Below are positions 8,128 through 19,125 of a stretch of 32,000 nucleotides of DNA, one piece after another; positions within the stretch are counted from its first letter, which is position 1, and each line of letters begins with the position of its first letter. The stretch is from Methanothermobacter thermautotrophicus str. Delta H (GTDB lineage: Archaea > Methanobacteriota > Methanobacteria > Methanobacteriales > Methanothermobacteraceae), in contig NC_000916.1 of the NCBI RefSeq assembly GCF_000008645.1, positions 600,001 through 632,000 on the forward strand, given 5' to 3'. The translations under genes were made by a program, and so were the position numbers. The notes under the pieces were generated by a model. The model ran no database searches. It was not told where the DNA came from and saw only the letters and a program-made list of their open reading frames with translations.

Positions 8128-8134
8128 AAAAAAA
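8128..8134 (-). terminator. T7 tract on minus strand, candidate terminator of the superoperon
   Basis: A7 on the plus strand (T7 on minus) about 90 nt downstream of the last minus-strand gene, whose stop is at 8225. Confidence 0.35.
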
Positions 8135-8224
8135 GTTATTACATGCTTTTAAATGAAAACTGGTTAAGTATTAATACATGATGATAATTACATAATATCT
8201 GTTTTAATCCAGAGGCGGCAGTGA

Positions 8225-8500
8225 TTATTCCCTGAATCCATCAAGGAAGGATTCAAGGCTCCTGTAGGCTGCATCCACTGCCTCATCAACAATCCCGGGA
8301 TCTGCATCTGAAAGCTCATCAAGGTACAGTTCAGCGCTGATATCAACCTTCAGTTCATCGGTGTACTCCACCAGCACAGTTATGTCAATATCAACTATTT
8401 CCTTGGCAGACACCCTCTTCAGTATAAAATCAGAAATGGTATTGTGGAGGAAACTGGATATCTCATCCAGATCCCCTTCAGTGAGTTTTCTGAGACTCAA
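8225..8500 (-). CDS. DUF3194-family small acidic protein (MTH677-like)
   Basis: 91-aa ORF with no internal Met. Its TTG start directly abuts the prefoldin stop (TAATTG). I recognise this as the conserved small protein found downstream of pfdB in methanogens. Confidence 0.8.
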   Translation of the reverse strand: MSLRKLTEGDLDEISSFLHNTISDFILKRVSAKEIVDIDITVLVEYTDELKVDISAELYLDELSDADPGIVDEAVDAAYRSLESFLDGFRE

Positions 8501-8866
8501 TTAGTTACCCATCCCAGGATTGATACCCGCGCCCTTCATTGCTTCCTGGATGTTGACCTGCATCTCCTGCAGTTTCTTCATGACGCGTTCTTCCTGTCTC
8601 TCAATTGTCTTCTCCCTGAGCTGGAGTGTTTCAAGTTTTTCCTGAAGTTCCTCTGTAAGTTCATCCTTGGCAACCCTGATGAGAATGTTACCTGAGCTCT
8701 TATATACTTCAGCGTCATCGGCAGCCCTTGAGAGTTCTTCAAGGGCCTTCTGTGTCTCATTAATCTGCATTTCAACCGTCTGTTTCTGCACAGATATTGC
8801 CTGTGCCTGCTGCTGCAGCTGCTGGAACTGAGCTAACTGGTGCTGTACATTCTGTGGAAGTTCCAT
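8501..8866 (-). CDS. pfdB: Prefoldin beta subunit
   Basis: 121-aa coiled-coil protein MELPQNVQHQLAQFQQLQQQAQAISVQKQ..., recognised as Methanothermobacter prefoldin (GimC) beta. Confidence 0.93.
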   Translation of the reverse strand: MELPQNVQHQLAQFQQLQQQAQAISVQKQTVEMQINETQKALEELSRAADDAEVYKSSGNILIRVAKDELTEELQEKLETLQLREKTIERQEERVMKKLQEMQVNIQEAMKGAGINPGMGN

Positions 8867-8889
8867 ATTATCACCTTCAAAATATCCAA

Positions 8890-9171
8890 TTATGTTGATC
8901 CCATCAATTCAAGAATCTCCATGGAAAGCTTCACCCAGCGCAGTGACGAATTGAGAGCCGCCCTGAAGGATGCTGAATCCCCTGCGCTTATGACAATGGT
9001 TATCCTGCCATCATCAAGTTCCATGGACATGGAAGACCTCTGGGAGGGCGAATCCATGACCTCAGGTTTGATGGCCCTGTAGATCACAGATGCTGATTCA
9101 GGGTCCGTCCTGATATCTATTACGCCCTGAATTCTCCTGAGACCCAACTCACTCACCGACCCTGAAATCAC
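8890..9171 (-). CDS. pcc1: KEOPS complex subunit Pcc1
   Basis: 93-aa ORF. The C-terminal SAGDSASFRAALNSSLRWVKLSMEILE matches the Pcc1 family pattern (compare Pyrococcus ATDSSALRGTVNSYLRWIKAAIDVIE). GTG start at 9171; an alternative GTG at 9156 would form a GTGAGTGA overlap with the upstream stop. Confidence 0.8.
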   Translation of the reverse strand: MISGSVSELGLRRIQGVIDIRTDPESASVIYRAIKPEVMDSPSQRSSMSMELDDGRITIVISAGDSASFRAALNSSLRWVKLSMEILELMGST

Positions 9172-9616
9172 GTATCAGGAGCTTAAAACCAGCGGGCGTC
9201 CCCCTGGCATCCATGAGCTCCATCACCCAGGCGTACTCTTCATCAGTCCTTATACTCCAGGCATCCCTGGATGAGGATTCATCCACCTCAAGGCCCATTA
9301 GATTGCAGAGGCCCTCAGATCCGGGAGGGCAGCTACTGACCCTTACCGCTTTATCTGCCAGTTCAGGTTTTTTCATTTCAAAGGACGGGTTGAAGAGGAT
9401 GTAACCCCTCTCCCCTCCCCTTTCATCGAGGAAGGTTATCCTTGCAGGGTTACCGTGCCTCTCAGAGACCACAGCCACCGGGCCCCTGGCCTCGATGAGC
9501 ACATCCCGCAGGCTCATCTTTCCCCTGTTAATGTACCTCCAGCCCATGATCCTGGAGAGCCTCTGGGAAAAGGACCTTGTGCGCTGGGATGGCTTTCTGG
9601 ATGTTGTGAGGAGCAT
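9149..9616 (-). CDS. Brix/Imp4-domain ribosome biogenesis protein
   Basis: 155-aa ORF beginning MLLTTSRKPSQRTRSFSQRL, the typical archaeal Brix N-terminus. Position in the conserved L37Ae-RpoP-Brix-Pcc1-PfdB gene order supports the call. Confidence 0.85.
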   Translation of the reverse strand: MLLTTSRKPSQRTRSFSQRLSRIMGWRYINRGKMSLRDVLIEARGPVAVVSERHGNPARITFLDERGGERGYILFNPSFEMKKPELADKAVRVSSCPPGSEGLCNLMGLEVDESSSRDAWSIRTDEEYAWVMELMDARGTPAGFKLLIRDFRVGE

Positions 9617-9617
9617 C

Positions 9618-9748
9618 CTACCGTGCCCTCAGGGTCCTCTTAACCGGAGGCACCTCCTTGAAGAGGATCCTGTACCTGCACCTTGGGCACTTGTTCTCCA
9701 TGTACTTCTTGGGGTCTATGAGTGTCCCGCACTGGCGCAGCGGTACAA
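9618..9748 (-). pseudogene. rpoP: RNA polymerase subunit P (Rpo12), reading frame broken by an apparent 1-nt deletion (or sequencing error / -1 frameshift)
   Basis: SD GGAGGT lies 7 nt upstream of TTG 9748. That frame reads M-Y-R-C-A then stops at TAG 9716-9718. The -1 frame continues [38 protein letters not shown] to TAG 9618-9620. Joined, these give a canonical CxxC...CxxC RpoP zinc ribbon of 43 aa. The span is 131 nt, not a multiple of 3. Confidence 0.7.
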
Positions 9749-9749
9749 T

Positions 9750-10019
9750 CTACTTACCTCCAACTATCCTCTTGATGTTACGGGCTGCTGTCTTACCCAT
9801 TGGGGTCACCGGGAGGTATGCTCCACCTGTGAACACAGCACCGCATTTTCTGCACTTCCATATGCCCCTGCTCTCCCTCTTAACACCGGGACGGTCACAG
9901 CTCGGGCATACGTGCTTCCTCTTCATCTCTTCTTCAATCTTTTTAACAGCTCTTTTAGCTTTACGACCGTAACGTGGACCGAAACGTCCTGTGATACCTA
10001 CTTTCTTTGTTCTTGCCAT
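9750..10019 (-). CDS. rpl37ae: 50S ribosomal protein L37Ae (eL43)
   Basis: 89-aa [21 protein letters not shown]... with a CPSC...CRKC zinc ribbon. Confidence 0.95.
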   Translation of the reverse strand: MARTKKVGITGRFGPRYGRKAKRAVKKIEEEMKRKHVCPSCDRPGVKRESRGIWKCRKCGAVFTGGAYLPVTPMGKTAARNIKRIVGGK

Positions 10020-10074
10020 ATTATCACTCCAGTAAATATGATGTTATAGATATTGTCTGGTCAGTATTTAAGAT

Positions 10075-10879
<805 letters not shown>

Positions 10880-10890
<11 letters not shown>

Positions 10891-11602
10891 ACCTCTTTCT
10901 GAGGGCCTCCTTCTGCACCTCATGTATCCGGAGGCATCCCTCCACTGCAAGGTCAAGTGCCCTTTCAAATTCCTCGGGTGTGAGGTTTCCATCACTCTGG
11001 AGCAGTGTGATTTCACGTGTCCTCGGGAGTATCGCCACCGGTACGTCTGCCTGGCCCTCCTTGTCCTCCTCCTCAGAGAGGTCAAGGACCACCTGATCAC
11101 CGACCTTACCTGCTGCACAGGCAACAACCATGTCCCTCATGGGTATTCCTGCATCTGCAAGGGCGACTGAAGCCGCTGTTATGCCAGCACACCTCGTACC
11201 TCCCTCAGCCTCAAGCACCTCTATGAATACATCGATGACTGATCTGGGGAATTTTTCAAGTATCAGTGCCGGTCTGAGGGCCTCTGCAGTTATCTTGGAG
11301 ATCTCAACGGAACGCCTGTCAGGGCCCGGTCTCTTTCGCTCCTCAACTGAGAATGGTGCCATATTGTACCTGCACCTTATGACGGCCCTGTCAGGTCTCT
11401 GCAGCTTTCTTATCTGAGCCTCCCTTGGACCGTATACAGCCACCAGTATCTTGTTACCGCCAAATTCAAGGTAAGATGAACCATCTGCCCTTTCAAGTAT
11501 CCCTGCCTCGATTTTTAAGGGCCTGAGTTCATCAAACGCCCTTCCATCCTCCCTGACGCTGGGGGAGGTCTTCAATTGATCCTGTGTGATGATAGTAATC
11601 AC
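10880..11602 (-). CDS. rrp41: Exosome complex exonuclease Rrp41 (RNase PH-like catalytic subunit)
   Basis: 240-aa ORF containing [18 protein letters not shown]...[21 protein letters not shown]. The GTG start overlaps the rrp4 stop (GTGA). Confidence 0.93.
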
Positions 11603-12534
11603 CTCTCGGAATTATTCTCATCCTTAACTTCTGCATCCCCGGCTTCCCCATCATCCTCTTCAGCAGCAGGGGTGTCTGTTCCTTCTTCCACATCTTCAGA
11701 TTCCACTTCAAGGTCTTCAGACTCATCAGATACTTCCTCAATGTCCTCAGACTCCGGAGACACCTCCACATCCTCAGAATAATCAGATGCTTCCTCAAAA
11801 TCCTCAGACTCCGGGGTTTCAGGTTTTTCTGTCCCTTCAGACTCCTCAACCTGAATCTCAGGTTCCACTCCTGTAAGCCTGTCGAGGAGTTCCCTCACAC
11901 GGTCGGTGAGTCCTGAGGTGTGGGCCTCACGGTCTATCATGAGGACCACCTTCTCGGCTATCCTCTCCATGTCGGGTTCACCCTTGATCCAGACAACACC
12001 GTTCTGGCCAACCACGATATCGCAGTGGGTCTTCTCCTTGACCATGTTTATCATTGATCCCCTTTTGCCTATCAGCCTTGGCACCTTTGTGGGTGTTATG
12101 TAAACCAGGATGCCGTCCCTGAACTTTCCAAGGCCACGACCCTTGAGGCCAAGCTTCACCTTCTTAACCTCATCAACATCCACAACCCTCAAAAGCAGAA
12201 CGTCCACTATATCGAAGACACTTTCAAGTTCCCTTTTATCCTTGCCAAAGACCTCAGAGGCCGGTAAGAGACCTGTGTAGGGCGAGTTTATGTCAAGTCC
12301 CCACATTGAGAATCTGATGTCAGTTATCTCCCCGATCACCACATCCCCCCTCTTGGGGATGTACTTGCTCTGAAGTGGTATCACATTTATCTTCTTGTTT
12401 CTAACAGAAACGAGTCCCACAAAGGATGAACATATCCTGTTATCCTCTTTGAAGGTTCCCCTTCCAGGGAAATATTCGTTCTCTGCCAGAACCTGACCTG
12501 GAACAACCAGGTCCTTTTCATTTACAAGTAGCAC
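11599..12534 (-). CDS. rrp4: Exosome RNA-binding subunit Rrp4 (S1 + KH) with long acidic C-terminal tail
   Basis: 311-aa ORF. GTG start with SD GGAGGC 5 nt upstream. S1/KH region (VVPGQVLAE...[11 protein letters not shown]...[12 protein letters not shown]), then an Asp/Glu/Ser-rich tail of about 85 aa. Confidence 0.92.
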
Positions 12535-12576
12535 GTTATGCCTCCCTGTTTTTTGAAGGCTAAAAGGAGAGGAGGA

Positions 12577-13275
12577 TTATTTTATTAGCCTGGTTTCAAC
12601 GTTACCGCCTGTGAGTTCACTGAGCTTCTGATAGAAGCTGTCCTGAAGGCCTCCGGGTATTTCAACCACTGCTATCCATGATCCGTCGTTCTGCCATTCC
12701 TCGTTGGTTATTTTCCCGAAATTTGATATTACACCGTAGGCTGACCCCGCCCTTTCACCGGGTATCTTGATGGCCACCCTGACCTTCTCAAATTTAATGG
12801 GAATCTTGGTTCTGATGGCTTTCAGGACGATGTTGACCTGCTCATCAACGGTCTTGAATGGATCAACATGAACCCTGGCTTCCTCCATGGCCTTTTCAAT
12901 CCTCTTTGGAGGGTGAGGAAGTCCGTTCTGGGGGTTTATGGCCTCGCGTGCAATTTTATTGATGATCTTCAGGCGTTTATCCTCTATCATCTGCCTTCTC
13001 TGCTCTGCGGTGAGCTGTATTGTCCCCCTTCTTAGTATTACTGGTGTTACCTCAAGTGGGTCCGCTGTTTCAAAGACCTTCCTCATGGCCTCCTCAGATG
13101 CCTTATCACCCTTCCTGGCGTCCCTGAAGACCTCCTGAACCGCGAGGACATCCTCCACACTTACATCTGAGTCTTCCCTGCGGAATTCAGCTGCCAGGTC
13201 AGGGTCCACAAGGACCTCGAATCTCTCGCCATGGGATTCAAGCCGGGCGATAACTGCATCTTCAAGGCTGACCAT
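12577..13275 (-). CDS. SBDS/Sdo1 ribosome maturation protein
   Basis: 232-aa ORF beginning [32 protein letters not shown] family, in its conserved superoperon position. Confidence 0.92.
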   Translation of the reverse strand: MVSLEDAVIARLESHGERFEVLVDPDLAAEFRREDSDVSVEDVLAVQEVFRDARKGDKASEEAMRKVFETADPLEVTPVILRRGTIQLTAEQRRQMIEDKRLKIINKIAREAINPQNGLPHPPKRIEKAMEEARVHVDPFKTVDEQVNIVLKAIRTKIPIKFEKVRVAIKIPGERAGSAYGVISNFGKITNEEWQNDGSWIAVVEIPGGLQDSFYQKLSELTGGNVETRLIK

Positions 13276-13278
13276 TTT

Positions 13279-14025
<747 letters not shown>

Positions 14026-14090
14026 TTTTCTAACCTCTCTTTATTGATGGATAATTTATGTAATCATGAGTCATGTGATGAAGATTTTAA

Positions 14091-14465
14091 TCAGTATTTA
14101 TCTTTCTTGGAAGGTTTAATAAACTTTTGTGTTGCCGAGCGTATCGTCCCTGAAAGGCCGAGGATGTGGATGGCGACCCTCACCCCGCTGTGGTGGTGGG
14201 CGCATGTGAGGGCCATCATGACCCTCCTCTCATAGCCCCTCTGGCACTGGAGTATGCCCCTCACCCTGACGGCGTCTGGAAAATCGAACCTCCAGAGCTT
14301 CATGAGCCATAAACGGAAATTTGATGTTTCACACTCCCCATGCAGCTTGAGGCAGCTATCCCATATGAGGGAGACAAGTTCCTCCCTTGAGAGCTCCCTC
14401 TCACTGATCACCTCAAAGGCTATGTACCTCCTGGGGACCCTCAGTGTTGGTGGCAGTATCTTCAT
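14091..14465 (-). CDS. rnp2: RNase P protein component 2 (Pop5 homologue)
   Basis: 124-aa ORF beginning MKILPPTLRVPRRYIAFEV. Pop5 family, in the conserved neighbourhood. Confidence 0.88.
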   Translation of the reverse strand: MKILPPTLRVPRRYIAFEVISERELSREELVSLIWDSCLKLHGECETSNFRLWLMKLWRFDFPDAVRVRGILQCQRGYERRVMMALTCAHHHSGVRVAIHILGLSGTIRSATQKFIKPSKKDKY

Positions 14466-14482
14466 CCTTCATGGACTCACCT

Positions 14483-15199
14483 TTAACTCTCAGGGAGGAG
14501 CCTCACACCCTCTGCAATCAGGAGGTGACGGTTCCCTGAGTCCTCAAGTATCGATGCGGGGGTTGATGTGAGGGATTCCTCTGCCTCACTGGACTCCATA
14601 CCGAAGCATTCTGCGAGGTTCATGATATCGCCGGGAGTCCTCAGGTCATATATGGAGGAGGCCCTGCTGGTGAGGAGCAGTGGAAAACCGAACTTTCTGT
14701 GGAGTTTCAGGATCTCCCTGAACTGTTCAAGGACCCTTGCCCGTACCTTGAGCCAGGACCCGATGACGTCCGCCAGGGGGAGTTCAACAGCCACATTGTT
14801 TCTTGCAGCCTCCCTTGCGAGGACATGGTTGATGCCAGGGTCCCTCCTTGAAGTGTAGGGTGCTGAGAGGACATCAACCCGCCTGCTCTCACATGCGGCC
14901 CTGTTAACCTTGAGGTTGCCCCCTGAGACATAGATCACGTCAGCCTTTTTCCTGAATTTATTCACGGATCTCCTCATATCACGGGGGTCAGATGCATTTA
15001 TCATTACACCCCTGGCTATCTCAAAGTCCTGGAGTTCAGGGTTCTCCCTGAGGGATTCAAGGTCTGATTTGAGGTCAGGGTATCTCTCAGAAGGGTATAC
15101 CAGAACTCCGCCCTGATAGCCGAGACGTGATGCCTCAAGGAGGAGTCTCAGGCTGGAATCATGGTCCCTGCCCTGTATGTGGAAGTCAAAGAATTTCAT
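14483..15199 (-). CDS. rnp3: RNase P protein component 3 (Rpp30 homologue)
   Basis: The ORF runs to a TTG at 15220 that abuts the upstream stop. I prefer ATG 15199 (MKFFDFHIQGRD...). PHP/TIM-barrel-like Rpp30 family. Confidence 0.88.
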   Translation of the reverse strand: MKFFDFHIQGRDHDSSLRLLLEASRLGYQGGVLVYPSERYPDLKSDLESLRENPELQDFEIARGVMINASDPRDMRRSVNKFRKKADVIYVSGGNLKVNRAACESRRVDVLSAPYTSRRDPGINHVLAREAARNNVAVELPLADVIGSWLKVRARVLEQFREILKLHRKFGFPLLLTSRASSIYDLRTPGDIMNLAECFGMESSEAEESLTSTPASILEDSGNRHLLIAEGVRLLPES

Positions 15200-15220
15200 C
15201 AGAATCCTTTGGGGAATCAA

Positions 15221-15637
15221 TCATTCAAGTATCTTCCTGATGTTCTCTACCGCAACTTCCCTCTTTGCGGGGTAGGCCTCCACCTTGATCTTCAGGTGGA
15301 TTGCATCACCGTGCCTCACGGGTTCCCAGACCCCCTCAAGGGCCTTCTGCTTGTCCAGTCGAAGGAAAAGGTTGCCGTTCTCATCGAATCTGTCCTCAAG
15401 TTCGTCCATGCGGCCCCTGAAGACCTCTGTGAATTTCTCCATGAATTCCCTGAGTGCCCTTCTGCGGTCCAGCCTTCCCCTGAGAACCGTTATGGGGTTT
15501 CCATGGTAGCCCTCGGCGCTCTCCCTTTCAGGTGTGGCCCCCGGGATTACGTTTCTGAGGGCCTCAATGACCTTTTCCTCGTCCTCTGTACCGTATACCA
15601 TGAGGCGGTAGGAGATGTTGTGTATCATGTCCCTCAT
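15221..15637 (-). CDS. DUF54 / PF01877-type RNA-binding protein (COG1325, predicted exosome-associated subunit)
   Basis: 138-aa ORF in the conserved slot between L15e and Rpp30 of the archaeal superoperon. Family assignment is from memory of that gene order and the sequence style. Confidence 0.75.
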   Translation of the reverse strand: MRDMIHNISYRLMVYGTEDEEKVIEALRNVIPGATPERESAEGYHGNPITVLRGRLDRRRALREFMEKFTEVFRGRMDELEDRFDENGNLFLRLDKQKALEGVWEPVRHGDAIHLKIKVEAYPAKREVAVENIRKILE

Positions 15638-15711
15638 AAAAAAAGTTAAGACGGGGGGCTTTATCTTACCTTCTCAGCCCCTTTACCCCTGTTTCGGAGG
15701 CCCCTGTTCTT

Positions 15712-16209
15712 TTAGCCTTCACTTATGAGGCCCCTGAAGACACGTCCCCTGTGCTGTTTTACACATATCCAGTATATCTTGGGGTCGTTCTTGATTGCTA
15801 GGTGGTTTGGATCCACGAGGATGACCTCATAGAACTTGTATTTTCCATCTTCCCATACCCAGTAGGAGTTGAGGACCTCCATGTTCGGGTATTTTCTTGC
15901 AACCCTCTCCTCTGCGATCCTCTTGATACTCTTTGCGGTGGTTATCTTCTTCACACCCATCCTCGTGGGCCTTCTACCTGCCTTGAACCTGGTTTTCCTC
16001 TGGCTTCCGCGTCTTACACGTGTCCTTACAACTATGTATCCAGGTTTTGCCCTGTAACCCAGTGCCCTTGCACGGTCTATTCTGGTTGGTCTTTCTATCC
16101 TCTTGATTACGGGATCCCTTCTCCACTTTGGAGCCCTCTCCCACATTAGCTCCCTTACATAGGAGTCCTTTGGATTCTTCCATGCATCTTTAACGTATCT
16201 GTACATCAT
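15712..16209 (-). CDS. rpl15e: 50S ribosomal protein L15e
   Basis: 165-aa ORF beginning [31 protein letters not shown]. The second ATG at 16206 has better SD spacing (GAGGTG). Confidence 0.95.
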   Translation of the reverse strand: MMYRYVKDAWKNPKDSYVRELMWERAPKWRRDPVIKRIERPTRIDRARALGYRAKPGYIVVRTRVRRGSQRKTRFKAGRRPTRMGVKKITTAKSIKRIAEERVARKYPNMEVLNSYWVWEDGKYKFYEVILVDPNHLAIKNDPKIYWICVKQHRGRVFRGLISEG

Positions 16210-16379
16210 TTACACCTCTATTCTGTTCGGCTTTACGCCACATCCATGGGAACGTATCCCTGAAAAATAGCGGTTTAGGTGCTACTACATCTGGTGTGAT
16301 CACTTAAAAAGTTTACTGTCAGTCACATCAATGAAATGTCAGTGAAGGTCCGTTTAATGGAAAAATCAAAGGTGTTGTT

Positions 16380-16703
16380 TCAGTCCTCGAGGACCTCGTA
16401 GAGTATTCTCATAGCCTTGACAAAGGGTGGATTGCCTGAGGTGAGGAGAACAACACGCAGGACATCAACTATCTCATCCCTTGTGACTCCGAACTCGTTT
16501 ATGGCACTCTGTATCTGTTTTTTAACTGCACGGTCATCGGAGTTTGCTGCTGTTATCCCGAGGGCTATGAGTTTCTGTGTCCTGTAATCAAGGACCTTAC
16601 CTGTGTAGGCGGCCTCATTCAGTTTAACAACTGCCTCATATATGTCAGGGTAGTCCTCCTTCACGTGCACCATGCCCTTCCCATAGAAAACATCCTCTTT
16701 CAT
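16380..16703 (-). CDS. Carboxymuconolactone decarboxylase (AhpD-like) family protein
   Basis: Start taken at ATG 16703 (MKEDVFYGKG...), with SD GGAGGTG upstream. CMD-domain pattern LDYRTQKLIALGITAANSDDRAVKKQIQSAINEFGVTRDEI. Confidence 0.8.
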   Translation of the reverse strand: MKEDVFYGKGMVHVKEDYPDIYEAVVKLNEAAYTGKVLDYRTQKLIALGITAANSDDRAVKKQIQSAINEFGVTRDEIVDVLRVVLLTSGNPPFVKAMRILYEVLED

Positions 16704-16869
16704 ATTTAGCACCTCCATTCTAATTATGTTCAAGGCGATATTTATAAGTAACATGAGCCCTGATCTGGTGCTTTACAGAGAATAAACACATTAAAGGATG
16801 ATAAATATAGCGCCTTTTTACAGAAAAGGTAAGGAGAATAAACGGCAAAAAAATGTAATTAAAAATGAA

Positions 16870-17826
16870 TCAATGCTTTTCAGGTTTTTCAGCCGGCTGT
16901 GATTCTGTCTCGACCTCTGAAACCCCTTTATCTTCGGGATCTGAGAGCATCTCTGAGATTCCTGCAATGGATCCAAGTATGCCTGTGGCCTCCACGGGTA
17001 GCAGAATCTTTGTTGCCCTTCCATCTGCAACCTTTTCAAGGGCCTCAAGGTACTTCAGTGCTATTATATCATTTGTCGGGTCACCCTCGTGCATGGCCCT
17101 GAAAACTGACAGTATGGCCTTGGCCTGTCCCTCTGCTATGGCTATTTCCCTGTACTTGTTGGCATCTGCGACCTTCTTTATGGCCTCTGCCTTACCCTCT
17201 GCCTCCAGGATGGCTGCCTGCTTATCACCCTCAGCCCTCTTTATTTCTGACTGCTTGTAGCCCTCAGCCTCGAGGATAGCCGCCCTCTTCATACGTTCGG
17301 CCTTCATCTGCTTTGACATGGCCTCAACGATGTCACCCGGAGGCTCTATGCGCTGTATCTCAACACGGACGACCCGGGTCCCCCACTTGTCTGTGGCCTC
17401 GTCAAGCACCTCACGTAGCTGTGTGTTTATCATCTCCCTTGATGTTAGGGTCTGGTCGAGTTCAAGGTCCCCTATTATGTTCCTGAGGTTGGTCTGGGCA
17501 AGTTTGGTTATGGCCTGGTAGAAGTCAACGACGTTGTAGACAGCGTTGAAGGGGTCAACCACCTCATAGAATATCACGCAGTCCACCACAACAACTGTGT
17601 TGTCCTTGGTTATGACCTCCTGTGGGGGGACATCAACCACCTGTTCCCTCATGTCGACCTTCTTTATGGCCTCTATGAATGGTATTATGACCACGAGTCC
17701 GCTCTCCACGGTCCTCTGGTATTTACCCAGCCTCTCGACAACACCCTTCTCATAGGGTCTGAGTATCTTAAGGCTCTTGAATGCCAGTACAAGCAGTACC
17801 AGTACTATTATCAGCTCAAGTATCAT
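16870..17826 (-). CDS. SPFH-domain stomatin/prohibitin homologue
   Basis: 318-aa ORF with an N-terminal TM helix, an SPFH core ([22 protein letters not shown]...) and an Ala/Glu/Lys coiled coil. ATGA overlap with nfeD. Confidence 0.92.
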
Positions 17827-18251
17827 TTCTGTTCCTCCAGTTTTTCAACAACGAGTTTAACGCCCTCAATGGCCTTCACACTTACCTCTTCACCCACATC
17901 AAGCACTGTGCCTGATGTGGCCCTCCATGTTTCACCATCAACCTTCACGAGGCCAGAGTTCTGGGGGCTGATTGCCTCCATCACAACTCCCTTTCTCCCT
18001 ATCAGTCTATCGGATACTGCCTTTTTTGATGGTTCGCCGGTTATGCGTGCTGCGAATGGCCTTGAAACTCCAAGGAGGACAACTGAAACAGCGGCGAATG
18101 TTATGAACTGCGCTGTAGTGTCGAATCCAAGGTATCCGAGGGCCGCTGCTGCCAGTGCTCCAAAGGCAAACCATAGGAGGAAGAAGCCCGTTGTGAGCAT
18201 CTCACCTATGAGGCATATGGCCGCTATTATTATCCATGACTCCGGTCCCAT
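17823..18251 (-). CDS. NfeD-family membrane protein (stomatin partner)
   Basis: Hydrophobic N-terminal half followed by a C-terminal OB-like domain ([29 protein letters not shown]). ATG 18251 has SD GGTGG 5 nt upstream; the track ORF begins at GTG 18263. Confidence 0.85.
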
Positions 18252-18478
18252 TAAACCCACCACATTTCATAATTCACTGAGTGTTTATATTATTTTCTAT
18301 GGCTCCCCTCAGTTATTATCATATATGTGTCGATACCATGGATATAGTAATTTGTAATATAATTTATAAATTTATTAATATTTTATATTCTGTTTGTTGT
18401 AGTTATTGTAATAATTTTTTCTGGAAAGATATTTATAGGGGTGGTGTCCATATTCTACCTCAAGGAGGTGGAGATCAT

Positions 18479-18877
18479 ATGATCGAAGATGAACTCAAAT
18501 TTCTGGTTCTGGGTTACAGGGTGTACACCGGTAAGACCCAGAGGGAACTTGCAGACGAACTCGGTGTCCCCCTGGACATCGTAATAGCCATGGAGGAAGG
18601 GACCTACAGGCACCCCACAAGGAAGCTGATGAGGAAAATAAATGAACTCACCGGTGAATATGAGGTGAACCGCAGGCAGTTCATAAACACCGGGAAGGGC
18701 TACAGGCTCAGGGAGAGGCTCGGATCACAGTTCAGGTACTTTGTCAGGGGCCTTGACAGGATGAAGTACATAAGCCAGAAGGACCTTGAGAAGATGCCTG
18801 AATCTGAATGCTACAGCACCATTGGTTCAGTTGACCTTGACGCGTTTGAGGTCCTCAAAGCAGGTAAAATGTCCTGA
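18479..18877 (+). CDS. HTH (XRE-like) DNA-binding protein with uncharacterised C-terminal domain
   Basis: ATG 18479 is preceded by SD GGAGGTGGAG. HTH segment TQRELADELGVPLDIVIAMEEG. The track ORF start at 18281 lies in an AT-rich promoter region. Confidence 0.7.
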   Translation: MIEDELKFLVLGYRVYTGKTQRELADELGVPLDIVIAMEEGTYRHPTRKLMRKINELTGEYEVNRRQFINTGKGYRLRERLGSQFRYFVRGLDRMKYISQKDLEKMPESECYSTIGSVDLDAFEVLKAGKMS

Positions 18878-19125
18878 AACTCCCTTTTTCATTAAATTAT
18901 TTTTAAGCTCCAGATGACTCTCAGGTCCTTCATTAGAATCTAAGTGTTCTCCTTTTCCAGTCCTTCAGCTTCCCTTTCTAAGTGGCTATGAAAAGCTGGT
19001 TAAAATGACAATCTCTGCTCTTTATGCTCCATTCCGTTAAAGATCCATAAAAGTCAACCGCTACCATCAGATGTGATTTCCACAGGGCTTAAGTTATAAT
19101 AGGAACCTCCATCATATAATCATCC

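Noticed and set aside
8178-8236. C/D-box sRNA candidate (ATGATGA at 8178-8184, CTGA at 8232-8235)
   Set aside because: The internal D'/C' boxes are degenerate and the C'-to-D spacing is only about 4 nt instead of about 12. It also overlaps the 3' end of the DUF3194 gene on the other strand.
9495-10049. 184-aa plus-strand ORF (and the overlapping 9658-9972 ORF)
   Set aside because: Lies entirely antisense to rpl37ae, rpoP and the Brix gene, which have unmistakable protein signatures. Its translation is low-complexity (Leu/Pro/Ser-rich) with no RBS. This is a typical shadow ORF.
10891-11127. 79-aa N-terminal extension of the Rrp42 ORF (track start 11127)
   Set aside because: The extension is Arg-rich nonsense lying wholly inside rrp41 in another frame. 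The RNase PH-like sequence begins at MVNKMDII, where the ATG overlaps the rrp41 stop.
11532-11849. 105-aa basic ORF overlapping the rrp4 tail and rrp41 start
   Set aside because: It is an alternate-frame reading of the GA-rich acidic-tail DNA (Arg/Lys/Leu periodic). It has no independent start signals.
18281-18478. Longer version of the HTH ORF starting at 18281
   Set aside because: The extension translates an extremely AT-rich promoter-like region into Ile/Tyr/Cys/Asn-rich sequence. A strong SD (GGAGGTGGAG) precedes the in-frame ATG at 18479.
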